Assembly: GCA_050298595.1 (NCBI GenBank)
Contig: JBNKUM010000056.1
Span: 1-64,000 of the forward strand
From: Gammaproteobacteria bacterium
GTDB taxonomy: Bacteria > Pseudomonadota > Gammaproteobacteria > GCA-001735895
Length of the DNA: 64,000 bases
Direction: 5' to 3'
This document shows, piece after piece, positions 19,971 to 30,665 of the stretch. Under the pieces are notes generated by a model that worked only from the letters and a program-made list of their open reading frames with translations, did no database searches and was not told the origin of the DNA. The stretch's first letter is position 1. Each line of letters starts with the position of its first letter. Made by a program: the position numbers and the translations under genes.

Positions 19971-20087
19971 CACTCTGCCTCATTGTGCATATTTGCACAT
20001 TATGTTTGTTTTTTTTGCGAATTGTAAGCATAAATTAACAGCGTAGTCTTGTTGTTACTTAAACAACAGCACATCGAGGAAAGAGAA

Positions 20088-20954
20088 ATGACTAAAAATC
20101 CACCAAAATTTGATGCAATTAAATACAAGCAGACAACCCTGCAACAATGGAATACAGCCGCTGAAGCATGGAATCGATGGGGACCTCTTTTATCTCGCTG
20201 GCTGGGACCTGCTACCGAAACCATGCTCGATATGTGTGACATTAAAACTGGAAGCAGGGTGCTGGATGTTGCAGCGGGAGCGGGTGAACAAACACTCACT
20301 GCAGCAAAACGTGTTGGTGATAGTGGACATGTACTGGCCACTGATCTGTCACCAAATATCCTTAAATATGTAACCGAGTCCGCTCAGTTAAGTGGGGTAT
20401 CACATGTCAGTACGCAGGTTATAGATGGAGAAAACCTGACTGAACTGGATGCAGATCCTTTCGATGCGGTGATTTCCCGTGTCGGTCTTATCTATTTTCC
20501 TGATCAACAGAAAGCCTTAAGTGGAATGCATCATCAATTAAAAGCTGAGGGTAAGGTTGCTGCTATGGTTTATTCGACCGCTGATAGAAATCCCTTCTTT
20601 TCCATTCCTGTTTCAATTATCCGTCGTCGGGCCAATTTACCCGCTCCATTACCAGGACAGCCTGGACCATTTAGTCTTGGCGCTGAAGGCATCTTGCACA
20701 AAGCCTTTACCGATGCGGGTTTCAGAAATGTCGAAGTGTTGAGCATTAATGCACCAGTACGTTTGTCATCGGCTGCCGAATGTATTCAGTTTGAACAGGA
20801 GTCCTTTGGCGCTTTACATCAAATGCTATCGACGCTGAGTGATACTGAGCAGGATGATGCATGGAATGAAATCGAACAGTCGCTGACACAGTTTGAAACC
20901 AACGGTCAGTTTGAAGGCCCCTGCGAAATGTTAGTCGCAGTAGGCACAAAATAA
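20088..20954 (+). CDS. Class I SAM-dependent methyltransferase
   Basis: VLDVAAGAGE motif I; RBS GAGGA before the ATG at 20088. Confidence 0.85.
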   Translation: MTKNPPKFDAIKYKQTTLQQWNTAAEAWNRWGPLLSRWLGPATETMLDMCDIKTGSRVLDVAAGAGEQTLTAAKRVGDSGHVLATDLSPNILKYVTESAQLSGVSHVSTQVIDGENLTELDADPFDAVISRVGLIYFPDQQKALSGMHHQLKAEGKVAAMVYSTADRNPFFSIPVSIIRRRANLPAPLPGQPGPFSLGAEGILHKAFTDAGFRNVEVLSINAPVRLSSAAECIQFEQESFGALHQMLSTLSDTEQDDAWNEIEQSLTQFETNGQFEGPCEMLVAVGTK

Positions 20955-20973
20955 ACCAGAGGAGGAAACAGTA

Positions 20974-21909
20974 ATGACACACATAGCCATTGTACAAACA
21001 GCACCGGTATTTCTGGATAAGGTTAAAACCATTGAATTAGCTGTGAGCAAAGTAGAGCAGGCTGCGGCTGAAGGCGCTAATCTGGTGATATTTAGTGAAG
21101 CCTTCATACCCGGCTATCCAGCCTGGGTGTGGCGACTTAGACCCGGTGCAGACTGGGGAGTATCTGAACAACTGCACGAGCGATTGCTAAACAATGCAGT
21201 AAATATTGAATCAGCAGATTTAAACCCTTTATACGAAGCTGCAGCAAAATATAAGGTCAATATAGTGTGCGGTATTGAAGAGCGGGAAAGCCAGCTCGGG
21301 CGTGCGACTCTGTACAACACGGCTATCACTATCGGCGACGACGGTACACTGTTAAATAGACATCGCAAATTGATGCCAACCAATCCTGAAAGAATGGTAT
21401 GGGGTTTTGGTGATGCCAGTGGTCTGAAAGTAGTTGATAGTACTGCGGGCCGCATTGGTACCTTATTATGCTGGGAAAACTATATGCCGCTAGCTCGCTT
21501 TGCACTGTATGTACAGGGGGTTGAAATATATATCGCACCCACCTACGACAGTGGTGATGACTGGATTGGAAGTCTGCAGCACATTGCACGCGAAGGCTGC
21601 TGCTGGGTAGTCGGCTGTGGCAACCTGATGCGTGGCAGTGACATTCCCGATGATCTGCCGGAGAAATCACATCTTTATCCGGATGCCGAAGAGTGGATTA
21701 ATCCAGGCGATTCACTCGTGATTGCACCGGGTGGTAGCATCGTCGCCGGTCCCATGCATGAGCAGGAAGGGATACTGTATTGTGAAATTGATCTGTCGAA
21801 AGTAGCTATTGCCAAACGGGCACTGGATGTTACCGGACATTATTCAAGGCCAGATATCTTTCAGTTAACTGTGAATACTCAAGCACAAACGCCGGTGGTG
21901 TTCGAGTGA
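20974..21909 (+). CDS. Nitrilase (carbon-nitrogen hydrolase family)
   Basis: E-K-C triad: SEAFIPGY, HRKLMPT, LCWENYMP; C-terminal DVTGHYSRPD. Confidence 0.9.
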   Translation: MTHIAIVQTAPVFLDKVKTIELAVSKVEQAAAEGANLVIFSEAFIPGYPAWVWRLRPGADWGVSEQLHERLLNNAVNIESADLNPLYEAAAKYKVNIVCGIEERESQLGRATLYNTAITIGDDGTLLNRHRKLMPTNPERMVWGFGDASGLKVVDSTAGRIGTLLCWENYMPLARFALYVQGVEIYIAPTYDSGDDWIGSLQHIAREGCCWVVGCGNLMRGSDIPDDLPEKSHLYPDAEEWINPGDSLVIAPGGSIVAGPMHEQEGILYCEIDLSKVAIAKRALDVTGHYSRPDIFQLTVNTQAQTPVVFE

Positions 21910-21911
21910 GT

Positions 21912-22823
21912 TTATCCCATACTAACTAAGGTAACGCCAGTGAACATTGCAATAACTCCCAGGATCTTCGGCAGCGACTTTGACTCTTTAAAAAAGTAGA
22001 TGCCGAAGATCACACCAATCGGGATGCTTACCTGGCGAAACGCCACCACATAACTGACGTTTTCTACCATCGACATACTGATTAATACCAGCGCATAAGT
22101 AGCATGGATGCCCGTGCCGGTAAACAAAAAGGCCTTTAATTTTTTATGCCACATATTAACGACCGACTGGCGAGTTTGTTCGTTGTATAGCAGCACCATA
22201 CCCATCCAGAAGGATGCGAATACCACCTGTACGAAAGCATAAATCAAGGTAACACCAATGATCTGTTGCGGCTGTTGGATGAGTATTTTAAGACCATTGA
22301 GCGCTCGGCCATCGACTATCGAATAGCCAGCGGTGCCGAACGCAGCGATCAAGGCATACCAGGTGGATTGATTGAGATAATGACTACGCTGAAAATCCTT
22401 AAAATGCTTCATCGGCAGTACGATAGAACCACAAACGATAAGTAGAGCACCTGTAATAAATGAGCTGTTGATTAAGCCGGTATATCCGGCCTGAATCATG
22501 AATAGACTGACTAGAATCACAGGAAAAGATCGGGCAAATGGATAGATAATGGATAGATCACCCATTCGATAAGCTAGCGCCAGTCCCCAATAATAAGCAC
22601 CTAGAAATAAACCAGAGACACTGCCGTACCACAGGGTATGCCATTTGAAGTAAACCAGTAGATCGATGTTATAGATAGAAACAGGTAATAGTAGGATCAG
22701 ACTGCCAACAAGATTGGCGAGAAAAAAGAAAGCAAGATCAGGTGTTGAATGTTTGCCGAGTAGATTCCATCCAGCATGCATAAAAGCTGAAATCAGGATT
22801 AGAATAATCGCGCTTATGGTCAA
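21912..22823 (-). CDS. EamA/DMT family transporter
   Basis: HAGWN, GDLSIIYP, VAFRQ; about 10 TM segments. Confidence 0.85.
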   Translation of the reverse strand: MTISAIILILISAFMHAGWNLLGKHSTPDLAFFFLANLVGSLILLLPVSIYNIDLLVYFKWHTLWYGSVSGLFLGAYYWGLALAYRMGDLSIIYPFARSFPVILVSLFMIQAGYTGLINSSFITGALLIVCGSIVLPMKHFKDFQRSHYLNQSTWYALIAAFGTAGYSIVDGRALNGLKILIQQPQQIIGVTLIYAFVQVVFASFWMGMVLLYNEQTRQSVVNMWHKKLKAFLFTGTGIHATYALVLISMSMVENVSYVVAFRQVSIPIGVIFGIYFFKESKSLPKILGVIAMFTGVTLVSMG

Positions 22824-22959
22824 TTGAGAGATCCCGCTATTTATATCAGAATGGTTTCGTGCAATATATTTCTAGAGTGAAAATTGTAAACGAATAATTC
22901 ACTGCTTTGTCTGATTTAAACTAGTAAGATGAGTAGAAGTGGATTTTAGGAGAATAACA

Positions 22960-24075
22960 ATGTTAATCGGTGTACCCAGAGAGATTAAGAATAACGAATT
23001 TCGTGTTGGTCTGACTCCCACCAGTGTCAGAGAGCTGGTGGCACATGGGCATCAACTCATTGTTGAAACCAGTGCGGGTCTGGGCATAGGTAAAACCGAT
23101 GACGATTACACTTTAGCTGGAGCTAGCATAGCAGGTTCAGCTAAAGAGGTTTTTGAACGTGCAGATATGATCGTTAAGGTAAAGGAACCTCAGGCTGTGG
23201 AACGTGCAATGTTACGCGAAGGTCAGGTTCTATTTACTTATCTTCATCTTGCTCCTGACCCTGAACAGACAGGCGAATTGATGGACAGTGGAGCGGTCTG
23301 TATCGCCTACGAAACGGTAACTTCCCCTTCTGGTGGGTTACCGTTACTGGCCCCCATGTCCGAGGTGGCTGGGCGTATGTCGATCCAGGCTGGCGCATAT
23401 TGCCTGGAAAAATCGCACGGTGGCAAAGGTATGTTGCTGGGTGGCGTACCCGGAGTTGATCCTGCCAAGGTGGTAGTTCTGGGTGGTGGTATGGTAGGAC
23501 GACATGCTGCACATATGGCAGTAGGACTCGGTGCTGAGGTTTGGGTGCTGGATAAGAATAATGCTGTGCTTAAACAGTTATGGACTGAGTTTGGTCGCTC
23601 AATAAATACCGTTTTTTCAACACGAGATGCACTTGAGCAGCATGTATTGGCGGCTGATCTGGTGATCGGCGGAGTTTTAATTCCCGGTGCCGCAGCACCA
23701 AAGCTGGTGACGGCACAGATGGTTAAGCAGATGGGTAAGGGGTCAGTGCTGGTGGATGTAGCGATAGATCAGGGAGGCTGTTTTGAAACTTCCAGGCCGA
23801 CCACACATCAAAATCCGACCTTTGTGGTCGACGATGTCATCCATTATTGCGTAGCTAATATGCCTGGTGGCGTACCTCAAACCTCCACCTTTGCACTAAA
23901 TAATGCCACCTTGCCATTTGTTTTTGCTCTGGCAGATAAAGGATATCAACAGGCATTAAAAGATGACCCGCATTTTTTAAATGGCCTTAATGTTCACAGA
24001 GGCGATTTAACGATTAAGGAAGTCGCCGAAGTTCAGGGATTGAGTTATAAATCTGCCATTCAGGCTCTGGGTTAA
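22960..24075 (+). CDS. ald: Alanine dehydrogenase
   Basis: MLIGVPREIKNNEFRV, FTYLHLA, DVAIDQGGC, HYCVANMPG. Confidence 0.96.
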   Translation: MLIGVPREIKNNEFRVGLTPTSVRELVAHGHQLIVETSAGLGIGKTDDDYTLAGASIAGSAKEVFERADMIVKVKEPQAVERAMLREGQVLFTYLHLAPDPEQTGELMDSGAVCIAYETVTSPSGGLPLLAPMSEVAGRMSIQAGAYCLEKSHGGKGMLLGGVPGVDPAKVVVLGGGMVGRHAAHMAVGLGAEVWVLDKNNAVLKQLWTEFGRSINTVFSTRDALEQHVLAADLVIGGVLIPGAAAPKLVTAQMVKQMGKGSVLVDVAIDQGGCFETSRPTTHQNPTFVVDDVIHYCVANMPGGVPQTSTFALNNATLPFVFALADKGYQQALKDDPHFLNGLNVHRGDLTIKEVAEVQGLSYKSAIQALG

Positions 24076-24089
24076 TAGACTGAAGGAGA

Positions 24090-24368
24090 TTATCTACTAC
24101 CCCAAATGGTAGCCACAGCTCGATCATTACCAAGGCTACCCACAACTAAGCAAACAAGGCCGGCAAAGAAGAATACGATAATTGGAATAAATGCGGCAAA
24201 TTGCGCTGCGGCTAAAGCCGCAACAATAGAGATAGTTGATAGCATTAAAAATAAAATGCCGACAACTATCAGAATAGTTCTGTGCGATTTACGATAAACA
24301 AATTCACCTTCACCTGATTCGAAATAATTAAGTATGGGTGAAAATAATTTTCTAAATGCTGTTTTCAT
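24090..24368 (-). CDS. Small hypothetical membrane protein
   Basis: Two TM helices; clean ORF. Confidence 0.7.
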   Translation of the reverse strand: MKTAFRKLFSPILNYFESGEGEFVYRKSHRTILIVVGILFLMLSTISIVAALAAAQFAAFIPIIVFFFAGLVCLVVGSLGNDRAVATIWGSR

Positions 24369-24729
24369 TGTTGGCCTTTCAATTAATCTGATTGATCAGT
24401 GTTAGTGTATATGTGTTAGTGTGGGGCGGTTAGCAAAGTGAAGCATTTCCGCAAGTCGGTTTTTTCTTCATAACATACATCAGAGGTACCTTAAACCTCA
24501 ACCTTAGCATTGATAACTCTGATGGTTGTTACTCACCATAGTGAAGGGGCGCATCAAGAATGGACACAATCTATTTTTGATAGGCGACTTTCTGATAACT
24601 CATTCACTGAGCGCTATAGCTTGCCACCCAAAAGAATATTCAAGCCAGTAAGGTGGTATATAACATTGCGCAGTATCAACACTAAAACCAAACTTGCCAT
24701 AGTAGTCGGGATTACCATAAACAAATAGC

Positions 24730-24824
24730 ATGCATGTACTCGTGCCTTTTGCAGAAACTTAAGGCGCTCAACCACTCTGTGATTCAGGGTGATCAGTTCT
24801 TCGATAGTCGTCAATATCAATCAT
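24730..24824 (-). pseudogene. Frameshifted relic of a small conserved hypothetical protein
   Basis: MIDID/..EELITLNHRVVERLKFLQKARVH resembles a family recalled from mobile regions; unverified. Confidence 0.3.
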
Positions 24825-24984
24825 TAACCTGATTAACAATAAACGTCAGCCACTCGAATTGAACGCAACGTCCGAGGCGGTGTTATGACGGCTGTGATCA
24901 GCAAACGATGGTGAAGCGTACGTAGGTCAAAGCGTCGATTGAATCGATAACAGAACACTGCAAGGTAACGCGATGAGCACTTTA

Positions 24985-25204
24985 TTTGCTATAAACAAGA
25001 GAATCTGACTTCGTTTAAGCTGCTTCTTTTTCACTAAACGACCTGTTTTACTCATGGCAAATAAGTGGAAAACTGATTTTTCAATATCCAGCCCAATTGT
25101 TGTAATCTTCATTTCAATTCACTCCATTTTTTTAAATGGTTGTAAATATTTCCATTTTGGCTATTTTGAAGCCGTTATAAAGTGGAGTGGGTTCATACCA
25201 TTAT
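24985..25204 (-). mobile_element. IS110 family (IS1111 group) left end plus truncated transposase
   Basis: MKITTIGLDIEKSVFHL...KKQLKRSQ, with similarity lost after about 40 aa. Upstream TAATGGTATGAACCCACTCC resembles IS1111-group left subterminal repeats. Confidence 0.75.
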
Positions 25205-25578
25205 TCATGCACCACTTCTCTGAAGCATTTACAGGCCAGGGGGTGAATTACCTCCTCCGCCATATCTGTTACCTGATACGCGAGACTCGCCCAATGCGGA
25301 CTGGTTAGCATAGACAAGGGATTCGTTCATCAATCTTTCGGGAAAACTACGGTAACCGTTAGAACAGGTTACCCGGTGGCTTGTCGCCTGATGGAACGCC
25401 CCCGGCTGCAAAACAGCGGAAACACACACATTCTGTTGAAAGTTACAGGATATCTAATAGATTCTGATCTTGTCGATAGGTGTTATCAGGAATTTCCAAA
25501 TCCGGTTTCAAGTCTTGATAAGCAGGGGTGTTGCGTTTATTCTTCTTACAATTTTTATTGAGGTGTAAGTAACGCCAG

Positions 25579-27588
25579 ATGGATTTAGTTAGTGTATCGC
25601 CGCTGGAAGTGGTTGGCTGGCTAGTCCAGTTCTGGATCGTGCTCGGGGTGGCAGGATTGGCTCTGCAACGTGCCCCGCATCTGGTCAATAACCTTATTTT
25701 TCCGCTCAGTGCTTTGATATCCCTGTTGTTGGCGATGACTGGTTTATGGGCACTCTCCACAGCGCCCGGCATCATGGTTTTGCCACTCGGTTTGCCTGAT
25801 CTGCCTTTCCATTTGCGTCTCGATCCGCTGTCCGGTTTCTTTCTGATCCTGCTGGGCGGTGCGTCTCTGGGCATATCCCTGTTTAGTGCCGGCTATTTCA
25901 AAACCATGGCAGGAAGCACACTCGGCCTATTGTGCCTTGAATATCACCTGTTCCTGGTCGGGATGGCATTGGTACTTCTGGCCGACGACGCCTACATGTT
26001 CATGGTGGCGTGGGAAACCATGGCGCTGTCATCCTATTTTCTGGTCACCACCGACCACAACATTCCCGACATTCGCAAGGCGGGTTTTCTCTACCTGCTG
26101 ATCGCACACGTGGGCGCCATTTCCATCCTGCTCTGCTTCGGCGTGATGCAGGGCGGCAATGGCATTGCTGCATACACATTCGATGCGATACGTCATGCGC
26201 ATCTGACCGGCTTCTGGTCTTCGGCGGCGTTCCTGCTGGCGTTGTTCGGTTTCGGTGCCAAGGCTGGTTTATTGCCGATGCATGTCTGGCTGCCCGAGGC
26301 TCATCCTGCTGCGCCTTCGCCGGTGTCGGCCTTGATGAGCGGTGTGATGCTGAAGACGGCGATCTATGGCATTCTGCGCGTGACTTTCGACTTGCTTGGC
26401 ACGCAACTCTGGTGGTGGGGTGTGCTGGCGTTGGGGCTGGGATTGATCACTGCAGTGTTCGGCGTGATGTTCGCCGCCGTGCAGGGCGACATGAAACGGC
26501 TGCTGGCCTTTTCATCTATCGAGAACATCGGTCTGCTGCTGGTGGGCATTGGCTTGACTATTATCTTCCACGTCTACGGCAAGAACGTACTGGCTGCACT
26601 GGCGCTTACCGCGACCCTGTATCACAGTCTGAACCATGCGATGTTCAAGAGCCTGCTGTTCGTCGGTACTGGTGCCATTTTACACGCCACCGGCGAGCGC
26701 AATATGGGACGCCTGGGCGGGCTGATCCGTCGCATGCCCTGGGCTGCGATGTTGATGCTGGTCGGAGTGCTGGGGATTTCCGGTTTGCCGCCGCTTAACG
26801 GCTTCGTTTCGGAATGGCTGCTGCTGCAGGCCTTCCTGTTGTCGCCGGGGCTGCCTAACAGTTATATCAATATGCTGGTGCCGGTAGCGGCGGCGGTGAT
26901 CGCACTAGCCGCTGCGCTGGCAGCGTATGTAATGGTGAAATTCTACGGCGTGATTTTCCTCGGCCAGCCGCGTGAAAAAGTGCTGGAGCATGCACACGAT
27001 GCGGGTATTTGGAAGCGTATCGGTATGGGCTGGCTGGCACTTGGCTGTATCGTCCTGGGTTTGACGCCGGTGTTCGTGGTGCATCAGATTGACTTCGTTT
27101 CGCTTTCGTTGATCGGTTCCAACCTGGGTAATGCCGCAGGCAACTGGGTATTCCTGACGCCGGTGGACACCGAGCGTGCCAGCTATAGTCCGCTGTATTT
27201 CCTGCTGGCGGTGCTGGCGGTGATGTTGCTCACCGCGTTACTGGTACGGCGTTTGTATCACGGCCGAATGCGTCGCTGTGAACCCTGGGATTGCGGATAT
27301 CCGGCGCACAATGCGCGCATGCAGGATACCGCCGAAGGTTTCGGGGAACCGATCCGCCGCATCTTCAAGCCGTTCTTCAAGATCGAACGGGAAGTGCCGA
27401 GCCCGTTTGATACGAATCCCCGTTACCTCGGGTGTAGCGAAGACCGTTTGTGGTACATCCTGTATCTGCCGATCAAGCATCTCACCGAAAAACTTGCTTC
27501 GCTGGCCGGGATGTTACAGCACGGACGCATTCATTTATATCTGACCTACACGTTTTTCACACTGATCGTGTTGCTGGTGTTTGTGTGA
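25579..27588 (+). CDS. hyfB: Ehr/hydrogenase-4 membrane subunit B (NuoL/MrpA-like antiporter)
   Basis: AWETMALSSY, HVWLPEAHPAAPSPVSA, SSIENIG, PPLNGFVSEW. Confidence 0.88.
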   Translation: MDLVSVSPLEVVGWLVQFWIVLGVAGLALQRAPHLVNNLIFPLSALISLLLAMTGLWALSTAPGIMVLPLGLPDLPFHLRLDPLSGFFLILLGGASLGISLFSAGYFKTMAGSTLGLLCLEYHLFLVGMALVLLADDAYMFMVAWETMALSSYFLVTTDHNIPDIRKAGFLYLLIAHVGAISILLCFGVMQGGNGIAAYTFDAIRHAHLTGFWSSAAFLLALFGFGAKAGLLPMHVWLPEAHPAAPSPVSALMSGVMLKTAIYGILRVTFDLLGTQLWWWGVLALGLGLITAVFGVMFAAVQGDMKRLLAFSSIENIGLLLVGIGLTIIFHVYGKNVLAALALTATLYHSLNHAMFKSLLFVGTGAILHATGERNMGRLGGLIRRMPWAAMLMLVGVLGISGLPPLNGFVSEWLLLQAFLLSPGLPNSYINMLVPVAAAVIALAAALAAYVMVKFYGVIFLGQPREKVLEHAHDAGIWKRIGMGWLALGCIVLGLTPVFVVHQIDFVSLSLIGSNLGNAAGNWVFLTPVDTERASYSPLYFLLAVLAVMLLTALLVRRLYHGRMRRCEPWDCGYPAHNARMQDTAEGFGEPIRRIFKPFFKIEREVPSPFDTNPRYLGCSEDRLWYILYLPIKHLTEKLASLAGMLQHGRIHLYLTYTFFTLIVLLVFV

Positions 27589-28547
27589 TGGAAAAATCCG
27601 AACTCATCTTCGCCATTATTTTCCAACTGGCGCAACTTGTGCTGGTGGTGCTGCTTGCCCCGCTACTGACCGGTTGGGTCAATCAGTGCCAGGCCTGGCT
27701 GCAGAACCGTTCCGGTGCGGGTGTGCTGCAACCGTATCGCGTGCTGCGCAAACTGTTTAGCAAGGATGCCGTAGTGGCGCATAACGCCTCGCCATTGTTC
27801 CGCGTTACGCCTTACATCGTGTTTGGCTGCATGTGGCTGGCAGCGGCCATCATCCCGATTATTGCGGTGGATTTACCGTTCTCGATGGCCGCCGATGTGA
27901 TCGCGCTGGTCGGCGTATTCGCAGTGGCGCGCGTATTCATCTCTCTTGCGGCGATGGATATCGGCACTGCGTTCGGTTCGCTGGGTGCGCGGCGTGAGAT
28001 GCTGGTGTCCTTTCTTGCCGAACCGGCCTTGCTTATGGTGTTGTTCACTGCATCAATGATCAGCCATTCCACGCAGTTACCACGCATCGTAGAAGCTTTG
28101 GCGTATCATGAGTTCATCTTCTATCCGAGCCTGGCTTTCGCCGGGCTGGCGTTCGTGATCGTGCTGCTGGCCGAGAATGCGCGCATTCCTGTGGACAACC
28201 CCAGCACCCACCTTGAGCTGACCATGATCCACGAGGCGATGATCCTGGAATACTCTGCTCGTCATCTGGCGCTCATCGAATGGGCCAGCAGCCTGAAGCT
28301 GCTCGCCTATATCTCCATCGGCATAGCTCTGTTCCTGCCCTACGGTATTGCCGAAGTTGGCAACTGGGCGGGACTGCCGCTGGCCATTGCGGCGCTGCTT
28401 TTAAAGCTGATGCTGGCGGGTGTGGCGCTGGCCGTGTTTGAGATCGTGTCAGCCAAGTTGCGCATCTTCCGCACACCGGAGTTTTTGGCTACTGCGTTCC
28501 TGCTGGCCGTGCTGGGCCTTCTGATTCATTTTCTGCTGGGTGCCTGA
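27588..28547 (+). CDS. hyfC: Ehr/hydrogenase-4 subunit C (NuoH-like)
   Basis: ATG overlaps the hyfB stop; ENARIPVDNPSTHLELTMIHEAM. Confidence 0.88.
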   Translation: MEKSELIFAIIFQLAQLVLVVLLAPLLTGWVNQCQAWLQNRSGAGVLQPYRVLRKLFSKDAVVAHNASPLFRVTPYIVFGCMWLAAAIIPIIAVDLPFSMAADVIALVGVFAVARVFISLAAMDIGTAFGSLGARREMLVSFLAEPALLMVLFTASMISHSTQLPRIVEALAYHEFIFYPSLAFAGLAFVIVLLAENARIPVDNPSTHLELTMIHEAMILEYSARHLALIEWASSLKLLAYISIGIALFLPYGIAEVGNWAGLPLAIAALLLKLMLAGVALAVFEIVSAKLRIFRTPEFLATAFLLAVLGLLIHFLLGA

Positions 28548-29209
28548 TGCAGATTCCATTTACATTACAACTCATCAACCTGCTGGCCTCGCTGATGTTG
28601 CTGGTCGCTTTCGCCATGCTTACGCAGCGGCGCATTCTGTCGCTGATCAAGCTGTTCGCCCTGCAGGGTCTCGTGCTGTCGCTCAGTACGTTTGTCGTCG
28701 CTTTTTCCTCGGAGCAGTATCACCTTTATTTCTCGGCGGGACTGACCCTGTTGCTCAAGGTGCTGCTGTTACCCTGGTTACTGCACCGCCTGATTCACAA
28801 GCTGAATGTACGCTGGGACGTGGAGACGATGATCAATATTCCCACCACCATGCTAGTCGGTATCGGGCTGGTGATCTTTGCTTTCAATCTGGCTGCACCG
28901 ATTGCGCAGTTGGCCGAAGGCATAACACGTAGCCTGATCGGCATTGCGCTGGCCAGCGTGCTGTTGTCGCTGCTGATGATGCTTACCCGGCGCAAGGCGG
29001 TGTCGCAGGTGGTAGCTTTTCTGTCGCTGGAAAATGGATTGTTTTTCGCCGCCACCAGCGCCACACAGGGCATGCCGCTGGTGGTGGAGCTGGGCATTGC
29101 GCTGGACGTGCTGGTAGCCACCTTCATTTTCGGTATTTTCTTTTTCCAGATCCGCGAGACTTTCGACAGCCTGGACATCACTCATATGGAGAAGCTCAAG
29201 GATGATTGA
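28547..29209 (+). CDS. hyfE: Ehr/hydrogenase-4 subunit E
   Basis: Multi-TM protein; LSLENG, GMPLVVELG. Confidence 0.85.
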   Translation: MQIPFTLQLINLLASLMLLVAFAMLTQRRILSLIKLFALQGLVLSLSTFVVAFSSEQYHLYFSAGLTLLLKVLLLPWLLHRLIHKLNVRWDVETMINIPTTMLVGIGLVIFAFNLAAPIAQLAEGITRSLIGIALASVLLSLLMMLTRRKAVSQVVAFLSLENGLFFAATSATQGMPLVVELGIALDVLVATFIFGIFFFQIRETFDSLDITHMEKLKDD

Positions 29210-30659
29210 CCTGCAACTTCTCGCGCTGTTGCTCGCCCCGTTGTTGGGTGGTGTGCTGCTGGCCGTGTTCGGCTCGCGCAAGTGGGCGGCGGAAATCAAT
29301 TCGCTGATGAGTTTTGCCACGTTTATTGCCTCAGTGATCCTGACAGTTCGCGTGATCGATTCCGGGCCGCAAGTTGCATTTAGCGAGCAATTCTTCATCG
29401 ACCAGTTCAATGTCTTCCTGGTTGCGCTTACCGCTTTCGTCGGTTTTACCACTTCGCTGTTCTCGCGGCCTTACATGCGCGTCGAACAGCATCACGGCAA
29501 GCTCACTGTCGGCATGCTGCACCTGTACTACAGCATGTACCAGTTGTTCATTTTCGCCATGCTGGTGGCGCTCACCACCAATAACATGGGCATCGTGTGG
29601 GTCGCGATGGAAGCGGCGACACTGACCACTGTGTTGCTGGTCAGTCTGTACCGCACCCCAGCCAGCCTGGAAGCGGCGTGGAAATATTTCATCCTGTGCG
29701 GCGTGGGCATCGCGCTGGCGTTGTTCGGCACCATCCTGTTGTATTTCGCCGCTGAGCGCGTGCTGGGCGAGGGCGGCACAGCACTGTTGTGGACGCACCT
29801 GAATGAGGTCAAGGGCGATCTGGAGCCGACCGTACTCAAGCTGGCATTCGTATTCCTGCTGGTAGGCTACGGTACCAAGGTCGGTCTTGTACCCTTGCAC
29901 AGCTGGTTACCGGATGCGCATGCGGAAGGTCCGACGCCTGTGTCTGCCGTACTCTCCGGTCTGCTGCTCAACGTTGCGCTGTGCGCGGTGGTACGCAGCA
30001 AGGTGCTGGTGGACGGTTCGCTCGGCAACCACTTTGCGGGATTCCTGATGATGGGCTTCGGCCTGCTGTCGGTGGTGGTGGCGTCGTTCTCGCTGTTCCG
30101 TCAAAAAGACATCAAGCGCATGTTTGCCTATTCTTCCATCGAACACATGGGACTGATCACTTTTGCTTTCGGCATGGGCGGCCCGGTGGCGACATTCGCT
30201 GGCTTGTTGCACATGACAGTGCACTCGTTGACCAAATCGGCGATCTTCTTTGCGGTCGGCCATGCGGTGCAGAAGTCCGGCACGCAGGTAATGGAAAATA
30301 TCCGTGGCATGCTACAAGTCAGCCCCACGGTCGGCTGGGGCCTGGCAATCGGTACCTTTGCAATTCTGGGCATGCCGCCGTTCGGTGTGTTCGCCAGCGA
30401 GTTCCTCATCATCACTACCGCCATGCACGAATATCCGTGGACCACGCCGTTCCTGCTGATCGCGCTGGGCGTCGCATTCGCCGCCATTTTCGGCAAGATC
30501 CAGCCCGTCGTGTTCGGCGAAACTACCGCGATTCGATTGCCGCATCCGCCCGCGCTCATCCCTGTGTTTGTCCACTTGCTGCTGGTGCTGATGCTCGGCC
30601 TGTACATGCCGCCTTACCTGGCCGACTGGTATCGCCAGGCGGCAGCTTTATTGGGATAA
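29202..30659 (+). CDS. hyfF: Ehr/hydrogenase-4 subunit F (NuoM/MrpD-like)
   Basis: WVAMEAATL, EAAWKYFILC, KVGLVPLHSWLPDAHAEGP. Confidence 0.88.
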   Translation: MIDLQLLALLLAPLLGGVLLAVFGSRKWAAEINSLMSFATFIASVILTVRVIDSGPQVAFSEQFFIDQFNVFLVALTAFVGFTTSLFSRPYMRVEQHHGKLTVGMLHLYYSMYQLFIFAMLVALTTNNMGIVWVAMEAATLTTVLLVSLYRTPASLEAAWKYFILCGVGIALALFGTILLYFAAERVLGEGGTALLWTHLNEVKGDLEPTVLKLAFVFLLVGYGTKVGLVPLHSWLPDAHAEGPTPVSAVLSGLLLNVALCAVVRSKVLVDGSLGNHFAGFLMMGFGLLSVVVASFSLFRQKDIKRMFAYSSIEHMGLITFAFGMGGPVATFAGLLHMTVHSLTKSAIFFAVGHAVQKSGTQVMENIRGMLQVSPTVGWGLAIGTFAILGMPPFGVFASEFLIITTAMHEYPWTTPFLLIALGVAFAAIFGKIQPVVFGETTAIRLPHPPALIPVFVHLLLVLMLGLYMPPYLADWYRQAAALLG

Positions 30660-30665
30660 ACGAAT

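Noticed and set aside
24838-24892. Possible attC on the minus strand (CATAAC...GTT)
   Set aside because: Too short, weak pairing, and no matching cassette boundaries.
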